The notes: generated from the sequence alone by a model not told the origin. Shown: positions 46,705 to 56,923, counted from the first letter of the stretch. The stretch: 64,000 nt of DNA from Gemmatimonadales bacterium (GCA_036397455.1 DASWIX010000078.1:41002-105001), one strand, 5' to 3'. Numbers and translations are program-made.

Positions 46705-47925
46705 GTGGGCGTGCCGAACGAACTGAGGATCCAGCGGTTGCGTCGCGCCTTTCGCGACCGCTACGGGCACGCCGGGGCGTTCGTGGCGACGGCGCCCGGC
46801 CGGGTGAACGTGATAGGCGAGCACATTGACTATAACGAATTGTCCGTGCTGCCCATGGCGATCCAGCGTCGCGTTGCCCTTGTGTTCCGGCCCCGCGCCG
46901 ATGAGACGATCCGGATCGCCAACGCCCGCCGATCCTTTCCAGACGGCCGCTTCGCGTTGCGTCCCACCATTCCTCCGCACCCGGTGGGGGCGTGGTGCAA
47001 CTATGTGAAAGCGGCCGCGGAGGAGTTGGCAACCGGGTACGGTGCGCATCACGGCCTGGACGCGATCGTCGACTCCACCATCCCCGTGGCGGCGGGCTTG
47101 AGTTCCTCGTCCGCTCTCGTGATCGCGACCGCACTCGCCATCGCCCATACCAACGAGTTGGAGATTCCGCCCCTCGAGTTGGCCGGGCGGATGGCGGCCG
47201 CCGAACGGTACGTCGGGACGCAGGGGGGAGGGATGGACCAGGCCATCAGCCTGCTCGCACAATCCGGGACCGCGAGCCGAATCGATTTCGACCCGCTGCG
47301 CGTCACGGCCGTTCCGATCCCGCCCGCGTGGCGATTCATCGTCGCGCACAGCCTCTCGGCCGCGGAAAAATCCGGTCGCGTTCAGGCCGTATACAATCAG
47401 CGCACGAGGGAATGTCGGGAGGCGCTCGCACGGGTGGCGGCACACATCGGACCGGCCGGTTCCCGCCCGACGTACGCGACGTTGACGGCGACCCACGCGG
47501 TCGAGGAACTCGTGGCTGTCGCGGAGTCCCACCTGGACGGTGCGCCGCGCCGGCGGTTCCGTCACGTCGTCACGGAAGCCGATCGCGTGCGCCGGGCGGA
47601 GATGGCCATGCGGGAGGGGGACCTCGAAGCCCTCGGCGCGGTACTACGCGATTCGCAGGCGAGCCTGCGGGACGATTACGAGGTCAGCACGCCGGACCTC
47701 GAGCGCCTCGTGGATTTCGCCCTGGAGGCCGGCGCCGCCGGCGCGCGTCTGACCGGAGCGGGCATGGGCGGTTGTGCGATCGCGCTGTGCACGGACGATC
47801 GATTGGACGAGGTGATGGGAATGCTCGAGCGGAAGTTCTACGGGGCCCGCGCGTGGTCGGGCGCGCTCGATGACGTGTTGTTCGTGGCGGAACCATCTTC
47901 CGGTGCGACGGTCACCTCGCTGTAG
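46705..47925 (+). CDS. galK: Galactokinase-type GHMP sugar-1-kinase
   Basis: Galactokinase signature GRVNVIGEHIDYN and GHMP motif PVAAGLSSSSAL. GTG start. The sugar specificity is not determinable from the sequence. Confidence 0.8.
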   Translation: MGVPNELRIQRLRRAFRDRYGHAGAFVATAPGRVNVIGEHIDYNELSVLPMAIQRRVALVFRPRADETIRIANARRSFPDGRFALRPTIPPHPVGAWCNYVKAAAEELATGYGAHHGLDAIVDSTIPVAAGLSSSSALVIATALAIAHTNELEIPPLELAGRMAAAERYVGTQGGGMDQAISLLAQSGTASRIDFDPLRVTAVPIPPAWRFIVAHSLSAAEKSGRVQAVYNQRTRECREALARVAAHIGPAGSRPTYATLTATHAVEELVAVAESHLDGAPRRRFRHVVTEADRVRRAEMAMREGDLEALGAVLRDSQASLRDDYEVSTPDLERLVDFALEAGAAGARLTGAGMGGCAIALCTDDRLDEVMGMLERKFYGARAWSGALDDVLFVAEPSSGATVTSL

Positions 47926-48347
47926 GAACCTTCCACCAGGATCTCGCGCGCGATCTCGCTGTCGAGCGCAAGCTCGGTCTCACCCACACGCAGGACGAAC
48001 GACGGTCGCCGCTGGATCAGCGTGATCTCGGCACCGGGAATCAGCCCGAACACCGCGAGCGCGTTTCGGCGCGACGTCCGAGCGCTGATCAGATCGACCA
48101 CCCGCGCACGTTCCCCGTCACGCAGCTGCGCAACCGTACGGCACGCCACCGCTGGCACCGGGATCCGCGCCGGCGTGAAGAGGCGGCGCAACCAGGACAC
48201 GACCGTCGGTGTCTCGGGGAATTCGTAGCCGCAGGTTGGACAGCGAATCAAGTGACATACCGCGCCAATCGGGCACCCGTGCGCGCAGAGCGTATCACCG
48301 CGCTCGAACTCGAATCCGCAGAACGGGCAGGTCAGATACCGAGCCAT
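47838..48347 (-). CDS. feoA: FeoA-domain protein with N-terminal Cys-rich zinc-ribbon
   Basis: The ATG at 48347 gives MARYLTCPFCGFEF...CPTCGYEF. The FeoA/SH3-like segment is LRDGERARVVDL...LAVFGLIPGAEITLIQRRPSFVLRVGETELALD. It overlaps the feoB 3' end by 16 nt and the convergent galK 3' end by 88 nt. Confidence 0.6.
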   Translation of the reverse strand: MARYLTCPFCGFEFERGDTLCAHGCPIGAVCHLIRCPTCGYEFPETPTVVSWLRRLFTPARIPVPAVACRTVAQLRDGERARVVDLISARTSRRNALAVFGLIPGAEITLIQRRPSFVLRVGETELALDSEIAREILVEGSYSEVTVAPEDGSATNNTSSSAPDHARAP

Positions 48348-50317
48348 GTCCCCACCTGGTTCACCAGTCCACCAACGAAGAACGCAAAGGGGAAGATGAA
48401 CGCCGCCATGCGCCACGCGGTCTTCTGTCCATGTTCCTTGGCAATCATCAGGAAATTGGCGATGCACGGCATGAACAACGTGATCGTCACCATGGCGACG
48501 AGAATCTGGTGCGCGCTGAGCGTCGGTACCGGGCCCGTCGCGGCATCGAGAATGTAGACCGCCCCGAAATCCCGTCGCAGGAAGCCGATCAGGAACGCGT
48601 TGGCCATTTCCACCGGGAGCCCGAGCCAGCCCGTCACCACCGGCGCTCCGAGCTGTGCGATGCGCTGCAGGACGTTGAGCCGGTCGAGCACGAACAGGAT
48701 AGCCGTCCCGACAACGAAGATCGGAATGACCTCCCGCAAATACCAGTTCAGCCGCCCCATCGTCTTGACGATCACGTTGGACAGTTGTGGCCGGCGCATC
48801 GGGGGGATTTCGAGTATGAAGTCGCTGGTGTCGCCGTCGAACAGACGGGCGGTGAGCCACCCGACCAGGACGATCACGCCGACCACCAACCCAAGCCAGA
48901 ACAGCGCGGCGACCGGCGCGAGAATCGCCATCATGGCCAGCAGAACGCCGAGTTGCGCCGAGCACGGCACCGCCAGCGCCAGCAACATCGTGGTCACGAC
49001 CCGTTCCTTGCGCGTCTCCAGCACCCGCGTCGCCATCGTGGCCATCGTGTCGCATCCCAACCCGAGCAACATCGGAAGGACCGCTTTGCCGTTCAACCCC
49101 ATCACGCGGAAGATCCGGTTGACCATGATGGCCATGCGGGGAAAGTACCCGGTGTCCTCCAACACGCTGAACACGATAAAGAACGTGGTGACGATGGGCA
49201 GCACGATCGCGAGCGCGTAGGTCAGCGCCATGGTCAGTGCACCGAACTCGCCGACCAGGAAGTCGTGCAGGAACCGCCGGATCGACTGGAGCCCCCTGAC
49301 CGGCGTCGTGCCTTCCAGATGATAGGCCGTCACGTCCACGACGCGCTCGACCGTGTGCAACGCGACGTCGCGTCCCGGTATCAGCGGAACGTCGAGCTGG
49401 TAGCGGACCGCCGCGGTGGCGTGTGTGTGGGGAAACGGGAGCACCGCATCGGTGGCACGAATGAGCAGGGGGTGCACCCGTTGTTGGAAGACGCCGACCT
49501 CCAACGCGTCCACCAGGGTCCCGGCGCCGAACAGCCCGACAAACCAGAACGATCCCAACAACACGATCGCCAGGAGGCCCAGTCCCCGAATCGGGTGCAT
49601 CGCCCAGAATCCGAGCCGCACGCGCCACGACGACCGCGCGGGCTGTTCGATCGAGTACGTCTCGGCGAGCAACCCGTTGACGTAGGCGAAGCGGGATCGG
49701 TTGCGGTCGTATTCGTCCTCGTCCACGTCATGTGCAATCGCCGACCGCTGCGGGATTCGTGCGCCGCCCACCGCCGCGACGACATCGGCCATGCCGATCC
49801 CGCGGTTGGCGATCGTCCCGACGACCGGGATGCCGAACAACTCGCTCAGCCGCGTGCGGTCGATCTGGCCGCCGCGTTCCTCCAACTCATCGAGCATGTT
49901 CAGGACGAGGACCATCGGCCGCCCGAGATCGGCGAGTTGCAACGTGAGCAGCAGGGCGCGGCGCAGGTTCTTGGCGTCGGCGACTTGCACGATGGTGGCG
50001 TCGGCGTGTCGCTCGAGCAGGTCGCGCGTGACCCGTCCGTCGTCGCTCCGCGGCGTCAGGTCGTTCAGCCCCGGCGTGTCGATCACGTCGCAGTCGGTGC
50101 CGGCCAGGACGGCGCGGGCCCGGGCGACCTCGACGGTGGTACCGGGATAGTTGGAGACGGTGACGTAGCGGCTGGTAAGGTTCCCGAACAACACGCTCTT
50201 GCCCACGTTCGGGTTCCCGACGAGTACCACGGTCGGTCGCGCCGGCGGGCAAACGGGAGCCCCGCTGGCACCGTGCGTGTCAGCCAACGTACCGGACAAC
50301 GACGAGTTTCCGCTCAC
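48332..50317 (-). CDS. feoB: Ferrous iron transporter FeoB
   Basis: The G-domain is VVLVGNPNVGKSVLFGNLT, NYPGTTVE, DTPG, followed by a polytopic permease domain. The GTG start at 50317 is as listed, and an internal GTG at 50230 (VVLVGNPN) is an alternative. Confidence 0.9.
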   Translation of the reverse strand: MSGNSSLSGTLADTHGASGAPVCPPARPTVVLVGNPNVGKSVLFGNLTSRYVTVSNYPGTTVEVARARAVLAGTDCDVIDTPGLNDLTPRSDDGRVTRDLLERHADATIVQVADAKNLRRALLLTLQLADLGRPMVLVLNMLDELEERGGQIDRTRLSELFGIPVVGTIANRGIGMADVVAAVGGARIPQRSAIAHDVDEDEYDRNRSRFAYVNGLLAETYSIEQPARSSWRVRLGFWAMHPIRGLGLLAIVLLGSFWFVGLFGAGTLVDALEVGVFQQRVHPLLIRATDAVLPFPHTHATAAVRYQLDVPLIPGRDVALHTVERVVDVTAYHLEGTTPVRGLQSIRRFLHDFLVGEFGALTMALTYALAIVLPIVTTFFIVFSVLEDTGYFPRMAIMVNRIFRVMGLNGKAVLPMLLGLGCDTMATMATRVLETRKERVVTTMLLALAVPCSAQLGVLLAMMAILAPVAALFWLGLVVGVIVLVGWLTARLFDGDTSDFILEIPPMRRPQLSNVIVKTMGRLNWYLREVIPIFVVGTAILFVLDRLNVLQRIAQLGAPVVTGWLGLPVEMANAFLIGFLRRDFGAVYILDAATGPVPTLSAHQILVAMVTITLFMPCIANFLMIAKEHGQKTAWRMAAFIFPFAFFVGGLVNQVGTWLGI

Positions 50318-50391
50318 ATCGGGAAACTCGCCATTGCGAGGTAAAACGATTCTAAAGCGTTTGTGAAGAAGGCCGAATTACACGCCCATCC

Positions 50392-52155
50392 TCAGTCAAA
50401 CTGGACCTTGGGCAGCAGGCGGAACAGCCCGAACGCCGCCGCGACCGTGACGCCCGCGAACACGACGCCCAAGCCGAACTGCCCCGCGACCACGAACCCG
50501 GTGCCAAACAGCGCGGCGTACACTGCCGTACAGCCGAGGAACCACCCCGCGACCCCGACGGCGAAACCGCCGGTGACCCGCCCACCGGTGTCGACGACCT
50601 TGGCCCATCCACGGCCCATGGGCCTGATGCGATCGTAGAACGCCTGCAACGTGGCCTGCTCGGCCGGCGGCGTCAGGGCCGTGACGGCAAGCCAGACGAC
50701 CGTCGTGATGGCAACGCCGATCAGGAGTTGGACGGACCCATGCGGCAGCGTCAACCCGAGCGCCTCGTGTCCGAACTGGAAGTAGACCGCGATCGCGAAC
50801 GAGATACACATCCCGGAGATCTCGCTCCACGCGTTGACCCGCCACCAGAACCAGCGCAACAGGAAGATCAGACCCGTACCCGCGCCGATCTGCAGCAGGA
50901 TCTGGAACGCCTGCAAGGCGTTCTCCAGCCACAGCGATACCGCCGACGCAAGGACGATCAACAGCACCGTGGACCACCGGCCGACCGCGACGTAATGCCG
51001 CTCGTCTCTGTCGGACCGCACGAACCGGCGGTAAAAGTCATCCACGATGTAGGACGCGCCCCAGTTGAGGTGCGTACTGATGGTCGACATGTACGCGGCG
51101 GCGAGGGACGCCACCACGAGTCCGAGCATCCCGTGCGGCAGGAAGACCAGCATCGCGGGATAGGCGAGGTCGTGCCGGATGATCGACGGGTCGAGCCCGG
51201 GAAACCGCGCCGCGATGGACTCCAGCGTCGGATACATGACCAACGACGCCAGGGCCACGATGATCCACGGCCACGGCCGGAGGGCGTAGTGCGCGATGTT
51301 GAACCACAAGGTCGACCGCATCGCATCGCGCTCGTCCCGCGCCGCCAACATGCGTTGGGCCACATACCCGCCGCCACCCGGCTCGGACCCGGGATACCAC
51401 GTGCTCCACCATTGAACCGCGATGGGGATGACAAGCACGGTTGCCGCGGTGCGCCAGTCGCTGAAATCGGGCAGCATCGAGAGCTTCTCGGCGACCGCCG
51501 GATGATGGATCAGCGCGGTCAATCCGCCAACTTCCGGCTGCGTCACCGCGTAGTGCGCCGCGGCGAGCGCGCCCGCCATCGCGATCACGAACAAGAGCAG
51601 ATCGGTCACGACCACACCCCAGAGTCCCGACGTGGCCGAGTAGACGACCGTGACCGTGCCCGCGATCAGCACCGTTTCGTACTTGCCGATCCCGAGCAGT
51701 ACGCCGCCGATCTTGATCGCGGCCAGCGTGACCGTGGCCATGATCATGACGTTGAAGAACACACCCAGGTACAGCGCGCGGAATCCGCGCAGAAACGCCG
51801 CCGGTCGCCCGGAATAGCGCAGCTCGTAGAACCCCATGTCGGTGAACACACCCGATCGGCGCCACAGCCGCGCGTAGAAAAAGACCGTGCACATCCCGGT
51901 GAGCAGGAACGCCCACCACACCCAGTTCTGGCTCACGCCGCCCGTGCGGACGAGGTCGGTCACGAGGTTCGGTGTGTCGGTGGAGAACGTGGTCGCGACC
52001 ATCGAGGTGCCGAGCAACCACCACGGCAGGCGCCGCCCGGAGAGGAAGTACTCGGTCGTGCCGACGCCGGCCCGGCGCGCGAAATACAGCCCCACCGTCA
52101 AGGCCACGACCCCGTACAGCGCGACGACGAACCAGTCCAGCCGGGTCAGTTGCAT
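50392..52155 (-). CDS. Sodium:solute symporter (SSF) family transporter
   Basis: The ATG at 52155 gives MQLTRLDWFVVALYGV...EYFLSGRRLPWW. There are about 13 TM helices. The start is 1 nt after the upstream stop. Confidence 0.85.
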   Translation of the reverse strand: MQLTRLDWFVVALYGVVALTVGLYFARRAGVGTTEYFLSGRRLPWWLLGTSMVATTFSTDTPNLVTDLVRTGGVSQNWVWWAFLLTGMCTVFFYARLWRRSGVFTDMGFYELRYSGRPAAFLRGFRALYLGVFFNVMIMATVTLAAIKIGGVLLGIGKYETVLIAGTVTVVYSATSGLWGVVVTDLLLFVIAMAGALAAAHYAVTQPEVGGLTALIHHPAVAEKLSMLPDFSDWRTAATVLVIPIAVQWWSTWYPGSEPGGGGYVAQRMLAARDERDAMRSTLWFNIAHYALRPWPWIIVALASLVMYPTLESIAARFPGLDPSIIRHDLAYPAMLVFLPHGMLGLVVASLAAAYMSTISTHLNWGASYIVDDFYRRFVRSDRDERHYVAVGRWSTVLLIVLASAVSLWLENALQAFQILLQIGAGTGLIFLLRWFWWRVNAWSEISGMCISFAIAVYFQFGHEALGLTLPHGSVQLLIGVAITTVVWLAVTALTPPAEQATLQAFYDRIRPMGRGWAKVVDTGGRVTGGFAVGVAGWFLGCTAVYAALFGTGFVVAGQFGLGVVFAGVTVAAAFGLFRLLPKVQFD

Positions 52156-52156
52156 T

Positions 52157-53038
52157 TCAATCCGCGGTGCAGAGCGTGGACGGGTACGTCCCTTGATCGA
52201 CCAGCCGCCGGATCTCCGCCTCGGCCCGCGCCTTGTCAGACGGCCAGGTGACACCGAACCACCCCGCACCCGCGGCGCGCACGCGGAGCCGGCCGCCGCC
52301 CGACACGACGACCTCGTTGATGGTGGTACTCAACAGGAGCTCGGCATCCGGCCCCCGATCGGCCGCGCGGAACTCGGCAAACTGATCGTCGAGCAGCGCC
52401 AGCACTCCGGGGTGCAACCCCCAACAGTTCATCGAGACGATCTCGTCCTCGGTCAGCGACACCGTCTGCCCACCGAGCGTTCGACCCACGATCGCGTCAT
52501 CCACGCGCCGCACGTTGCGGATCTCGATGAGATGGGTGAGGTACCCATCATCGTCGACCGTGCAGACGGCGCGCGACACGCCGCCCGCCTCCGACAACGT
52601 GTCGCCAAGCCGATAGCCTACCAGGGACAACTCGACGTCCTCGGGGTCGGCGAGGGACCCGTACAGGGCCTCGAATGCGGCCCGACCGTAGAAGTCGTCC
52701 GCATTGCACACCGCGAACGGCCCGTCTACCAACGGCCGGGCCGTGATCACCGCGTGCGCCGTCCCCCACGGTTTGGTCCGCCCCGTGGCGTCGCCGTCGA
52801 TGTCCTGCCGCGCGTAGACCACCTCGATCGGCGGGCGCCAGCGCGCGAAGTGCTCGCTGAACGCCGGCTCGATGTCCGCGCGAATCACCAGCACCGCGCG
52901 GTCGAATCCCGCGCGCGCGGCATCGTGCAGCGTATAGTCGAGGATCGCCTCCCCCGCGGGGCCTACCGGTACGAGTTGCTTCAGTCCACCGTAACGCGTG
53001 CCGACGCCGGCGGCGAGCACCACCAGGGCACGGCTCAC
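52157..53038 (-). CDS. Sugar-phosphate nucleotidyltransferase family protein
   Basis: The GTG at 53038 overlaps the GH20 stop (GTGA at 53035-53038). The N-terminal motif is LVVLAAGVGTRYGGLKQL. The listed upstream 95 aa are Arg/Gly-rich read-through. Confidence 0.8.
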   Translation of the reverse strand: MSRALVVLAAGVGTRYGGLKQLVPVGPAGEAILDYTLHDAARAGFDRAVLVIRADIEPAFSEHFARWRPPIEVVYARQDIDGDATGRTKPWGTAHAVITARPLVDGPFAVCNADDFYGRAAFEALYGSLADPEDVELSLVGYRLGDTLSEAGGVSRAVCTVDDDGYLTHLIEIRNVRRVDDAIVGRTLGGQTVSLTEDEIVSMNCWGLHPGVLALLDDQFAEFRAADRGPDAELLLSTTINEVVVSGGGRLRVRAAGAGWFGVTWPSDKARAEAEIRRLVDQGTYPSTLCTAD

Positions 53039-55077
53039 GGATTCACGGTACCGTGCGCCGCCAGGACCAACCGGCGTATGGCCGGCACGACCATGATCAG
53101 CAGTTCCGCCTGCGGCGTGGCCGCCTGGTCCAGCAGCTCCAGCTGGGCGGCACGTTGATCGGCCGGAACGCGCCGGCCTTCGCCGAACGCGCCGGCGGCA
53201 CTGAGACCGATCTCCGCCGCCTGGCGCAGGTTCCACGACAACGACTCGGCCTCGCGCAACATCGGCGCCGCGCGAAGCTGGTCGCGCAGCCGATCGTGGT
53301 TGTCGCGCCACCGTTCCAGCCACACCGTCACGGCGGACTCATCCGATGACCCGTCGAGCAGCCCGTCCACCGCGCGGCTAAACGCACGGGCTCGGTCGCT
53401 CTCCGGCCTCGTGGCATCGACCAACCGATTCAGCGGGACCAGGCTGGTATACTCGCGGGCCGCCGACCGCCCGTATCCTTTCACCGGCTCCAGCACATCA
53501 GCCAGTATCCGCAACGAGGCGATCGGGCCGTGGTCGGTGAGGCGGCGCAACATCGGCTCGTAACCGGACCGATGGGTCAGGCCCAGCCAGCCCAACCGCT
53601 GGCTGGTAATCTCCAGCCGCCGGTACATGTCATCGACGTCCGTGACGTCGGCGGCCGACCAGAATCGCTCGGCGATCGCCGCGGTTCGTGGCCAGATGCG
53701 TGAGTCGATCGTCTCGGCCGTGACGTACTCGGCCCACATGCATGCCTCGCCGCCGAGGATCCGATCACGCGCCGCGGCATCGAGTGCGGCGGCGGCGCTC
53801 AACGGGTCGATTTGATAGTGAAACGACGCCGGACGGATGTGGTCGAGATAGTACCCGTTCGACAGGATTCCCTGATAGCCCAGGCTCGCACCTTCCGCCA
53901 GGGACTCCTGTCCGCGCCACGACTGCACGACAATGTCCCGGGGAAGATCGGGATGAAAGATCTCGTCCCACCCAACCATGCGTTTGCCGTGCCGCGTCAG
54001 GATCGCGAGCAGCCGCCGATTGAAGTACGCCTGCAAGCCGTGGTTATCGCCCAGCGCTCGCTCGCGAATGTACGCCTGGACGCCGGCGCTCGCGTCCCAC
54101 TGCTTCCCGTTAACCTCGTCCCCGCCGATATGGAAGTATGGATCGGGAAAGAGCGTCGCCATCTCACCAAGGAACGCGTCGATGAACGTGAACACCTCTT
54201 CCCGTGTCGGATCCATCGCCGGATCGAACACGCCCCATCGGCGTCCGATCTCGTAGGGGCCGGGCCCGCTCGCCAATTCGGGATGCCCCACGAACCAGCT
54301 CGTCGTGTGCCCTGGCATGTCGAACTCGGGCACCACCCGCACCCCGCGATCACGTGCGTACGCGACGATCTCCCGCACCTGATCCTGCGTGTAGTACCGG
54401 CCGTCCGACCCCATTTCATGCAGGCGGGGAAACCGGCGGCTCTCGACGCGAAACCCCTGATCTTCGGTCAGGTGCCAGTGCAGCACGTTCAGCTTGACCG
54501 CGGCCATCGCGTCGATATTGCGCTTGATTACCTCCGGCGGGATGAAGTGACGCGCCCCGTCAATCAGCAGACCGCGCCAGGGAAACCGCGGCGCGTCCTC
54601 GATCGAGACCGCCGGGACGATGAACCCGCTGTCGCCGCGCTCCACCAGCTGCAGGAACGTCTCGAGGCCGCGCAGCGTGCCGTACGGCGTCGCGGCACGC
54701 AACGCGGCGCCATCCGGACGCACGACGAGCGTGTAGGATTCGTCTTCCACCGCCGCCTGCACCGCTCCGGCCGCCCGCATGGTGTGCACCGTCAAGCTGA
54801 CCGCCCGATCGGCGGCCTGTCCCGTACCGATCGCGAGGCCGGTCTCCGCCGTCAATCGTGTCGTGAGTCGCGCGACCGCCCGCTCCAGTCGCGGTTCGAC
54901 GTATCCACCCAAGGCGGCGCGAAAGGGCAAGTCGATCGCCAATGATCCGGAATCGAACACGATGGACCGCGGAACCGGCATCAACGTGTGCTCGACCATA
55001 CGAGGGGTCTCCTCCGAGCCCCGTCCGACCCCGAAGAGAAGGGTAGCACCGGCGAGATAGGGCAGCACGGTCTTCAT
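53035..55077 (-). CDS. GH20 beta-N-acetylhexosaminidase (secreted)
   Basis: The ATG at 55077 gives MKTVLPYLAGATLLFG, a signal peptide. The GH20 motifs are LNVLHWHLTEDQGFRVES and HIGGDEV. Confidence 0.9.
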   Translation of the reverse strand: MKTVLPYLAGATLLFGVGRGSEETPRMVEHTLMPVPRSIVFDSGSLAIDLPFRAALGGYVEPRLERAVARLTTRLTAETGLAIGTGQAADRAVSLTVHTMRAAGAVQAAVEDESYTLVVRPDGAALRAATPYGTLRGLETFLQLVERGDSGFIVPAVSIEDAPRFPWRGLLIDGARHFIPPEVIKRNIDAMAAVKLNVLHWHLTEDQGFRVESRRFPRLHEMGSDGRYYTQDQVREIVAYARDRGVRVVPEFDMPGHTTSWFVGHPELASGPGPYEIGRRWGVFDPAMDPTREEVFTFIDAFLGEMATLFPDPYFHIGGDEVNGKQWDASAGVQAYIRERALGDNHGLQAYFNRRLLAILTRHGKRMVGWDEIFHPDLPRDIVVQSWRGQESLAEGASLGYQGILSNGYYLDHIRPASFHYQIDPLSAAAALDAAARDRILGGEACMWAEYVTAETIDSRIWPRTAAIAERFWSAADVTDVDDMYRRLEITSQRLGWLGLTHRSGYEPMLRRLTDHGPIASLRILADVLEPVKGYGRSAAREYTSLVPLNRLVDATRPESDRARAFSRAVDGLLDGSSDESAVTVWLERWRDNHDRLRDQLRAAPMLREAESLSWNLRQAAEIGLSAAGAFGEGRRVPADQRAAQLELLDQAATPQAELLIMVVPAIRRLVLAAHGTVNP

Positions 55078-55378
55078 TGCGCACCTTTCCAGGAGAACCG
55101 GGTTGCGTCGGCGTCCGCCGACCGCAATACTATGCCCTGTTCGCGCCCAATGTCCAACCCGATCGAAGGAGGTGATCCATTGTCTGAGTGTAGATCCGGC
55201 CGCAGCCTGGCATGGGCAAGCGATCGCCGTCCCGGCAGTTGATCCCGGACCGAATCGCACCTCGCGCCGCTGATCGGACGCCTTAGGGCGATCGTACCAG
55301 GCTGCGCAGGACAAGCGAATCGCGCCGTCGGGCGTTCGGTCCCGGCGGCGCGATTCCGTTCGCCCGACGGTCGACCGA

Positions 55379-56923
55379 TCAGTTGGTCGACGGGGTCGCC
55401 GCCTTGCGCGGCATCATGTCGTCCCGCATGGCCAGGTGGTAGACGGTCGCCGCGACCACGACCGCCGCTTGCTTCAGATCGTCCAACAGCAGATGGTCAT
55501 ACGTATCCGCAATCGTATGGTGCGTCCGCGTCCCGTATTCGATCGGGTCCTGGATGAAGTTGAACCCGGGGATCCCCGCCCGGTCGAACGAGAGATGGTC
55601 CGTACCGCCGGTGTTGCCGTGGCGCACCGCCACCACGCCCAGGTCGCGGAACGGCCAGAGTAGTGCCTCGAATACCGGAATCGCCGCCTCGTTCATCTGA
55701 TCCCAAATCCCACGGATCTTGCCGGTCCCGTTGTCGACGTTCACGTAGACCGAGATCCGATCGTGCAGCGCCGGATGGTTCTCCACCCACGCGCGCGACC
55801 CGAGCAGCCCCTGTTCTTCGCCGCTCCAGAGCCCGATGCGGATGGTGCGGCGTGGCGTGAGATTCAGCGCGTTCAGGATCCGCAAGGCCTCCATCATCAC
55901 GATCGAGCCGGCGGCATTGTCGGTGGCGCCCGTCCCGTAATGCCACGAGTCGAGGTGTGCGCCGACCATGACATACTGGTCGGCCAGGTCGGTTCCGGGA
56001 ATGTCGGCCAGGGTGTTGTACGCTTGCAGGTCGTCGGCGAAAAACCGGTTCTGCACGTTCAGCTCCACGCGCACGCGCACGCCCCGCTCGACGTTGCGAT
56101 ATATCGCCGCGTACTGTTCTTGCGACACCACCAGTTCGGGCGGCGGCTCCGGGTTGTCCGGATCGCGACCGGCGGTGGACCCGCCGCCGCCAAGAATGCC
56201 GTATGCGCGGGAACTCGGGGTCAGGACGGCCGCCACGCCTTCCTGTTGGACCATCTCCGCCACCTGCTGGCGCAGCGCCCGCATCTGCATGAACCGCTCG
56301 CGCGCGCGCTGCGCGTCGGGTCCCGGCCCGGCCGAGGGTTCCGGGGGCATCAGGAGTTCGTCCAGCGACATGCGGCGATCCTGCTGTGCGAACTCCGGCT
56401 CGATATCGGGTGGCGCGCGCATCATCACCACCGCACCGCGCAGCTTGCCGCGGTACGCCATCAGGTCATCGACAGTTTCGTATTGTACGATCGTCACGCC
56501 CGCCGTGATGGTTCCCCGCGTGCTTCCGGTCCACGCCACCGGTTGCGCGTTGAGCGGTTGCACGAATGGGTCGAGCAGACGACCGCTGTAGGAAACGCGC
56601 TCCCATCCACGTCCGAATTCTCCCCAAGGCTCGACGACCACATTCACCAATCCCCATCCCCGTAACTCCTCGGCGGTCCAGTCATGGGCGGTACGCATCC
56701 CCGGCGAACCGGTCAATCGCGGACCGATCACGTCCGTGAGATGCCCGGCGAGCCGGTCGATCTGAGACCGCTCGATCCCTTCGTCGCGAATCCGCCGCAC
56801 CACCGCCAGATCCACGCGTTCCTGCGAGACTTGTGCGACCGAAGGGAGGGCAATCAGGAGGGAGACGACCGCCGTGACTGCGAGCCCGCGACCGGCCGTT
56901 CGCAGAGGTATCATTGCCGTCAC
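55379..56923 (-). CDS. M28-family aminopeptidase (secreted)
   Basis: It has a signal peptide and Zn-ligand motifs (GAHLDSWHYGTGATDNAAGS, WSGEEQGLLGS, GGTDH). Confidence 0.9.
   Translation of the reverse strand: MTAMIPLRTAGRGLAVTAVVSLLIALPSVAQVSQERVDLAVVRRIRDEGIERSQIDRLAGHLTDVIGPRLTGSPGMRTAHDWTAEELRGWGLVNVVVEPWGEFGRGWERVSYSGRLLDPFVQPLNAQPVAWTGSTRGTITAGVTIVQYETVDDLMAYRGKLRGAVVMMRAPPDIEPEFAQQDRRMSLDELLMPPEPSAGPGPDAQRARERFMQMRALRQQVAEMVQQEGVAAVLTPSSRAYGILGGGGSTAGRDPDNPEPPPELVVSQEQYAAIYRNVERGVRVRVELNVQNRFFADDLQAYNTLADIPGTDLADQYVMVGAHLDSWHYGTGATDNAAGSIVMMEALRILNALNLTPRRTIRIGLWSGEEQGLLGSRAWVENHPALHDRISVYVNVDNGTGKIRGIWDQMNEAAIPVFEALLWPFRDLGVVAVRHGNTGGTDHLSFDRAGIPGFNFIQDPIEYGTRTHHTIADTYDHLLLDDLKQAAVVVAATVYHLAMRDDMMPRKAATPSTN

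Noticed and set aside
50318-50391. A Fur box or iron-responsive operator upstream of feoB in the relatively AT-rich spacer (TTAGAATCGTTTTACC).
   Set aside because: I could not align a convincing 19-bp Fur consensus (GATAATGATAATCATTATC) or a clear -35/-10 pair. A position-weight-matrix scan would be needed.
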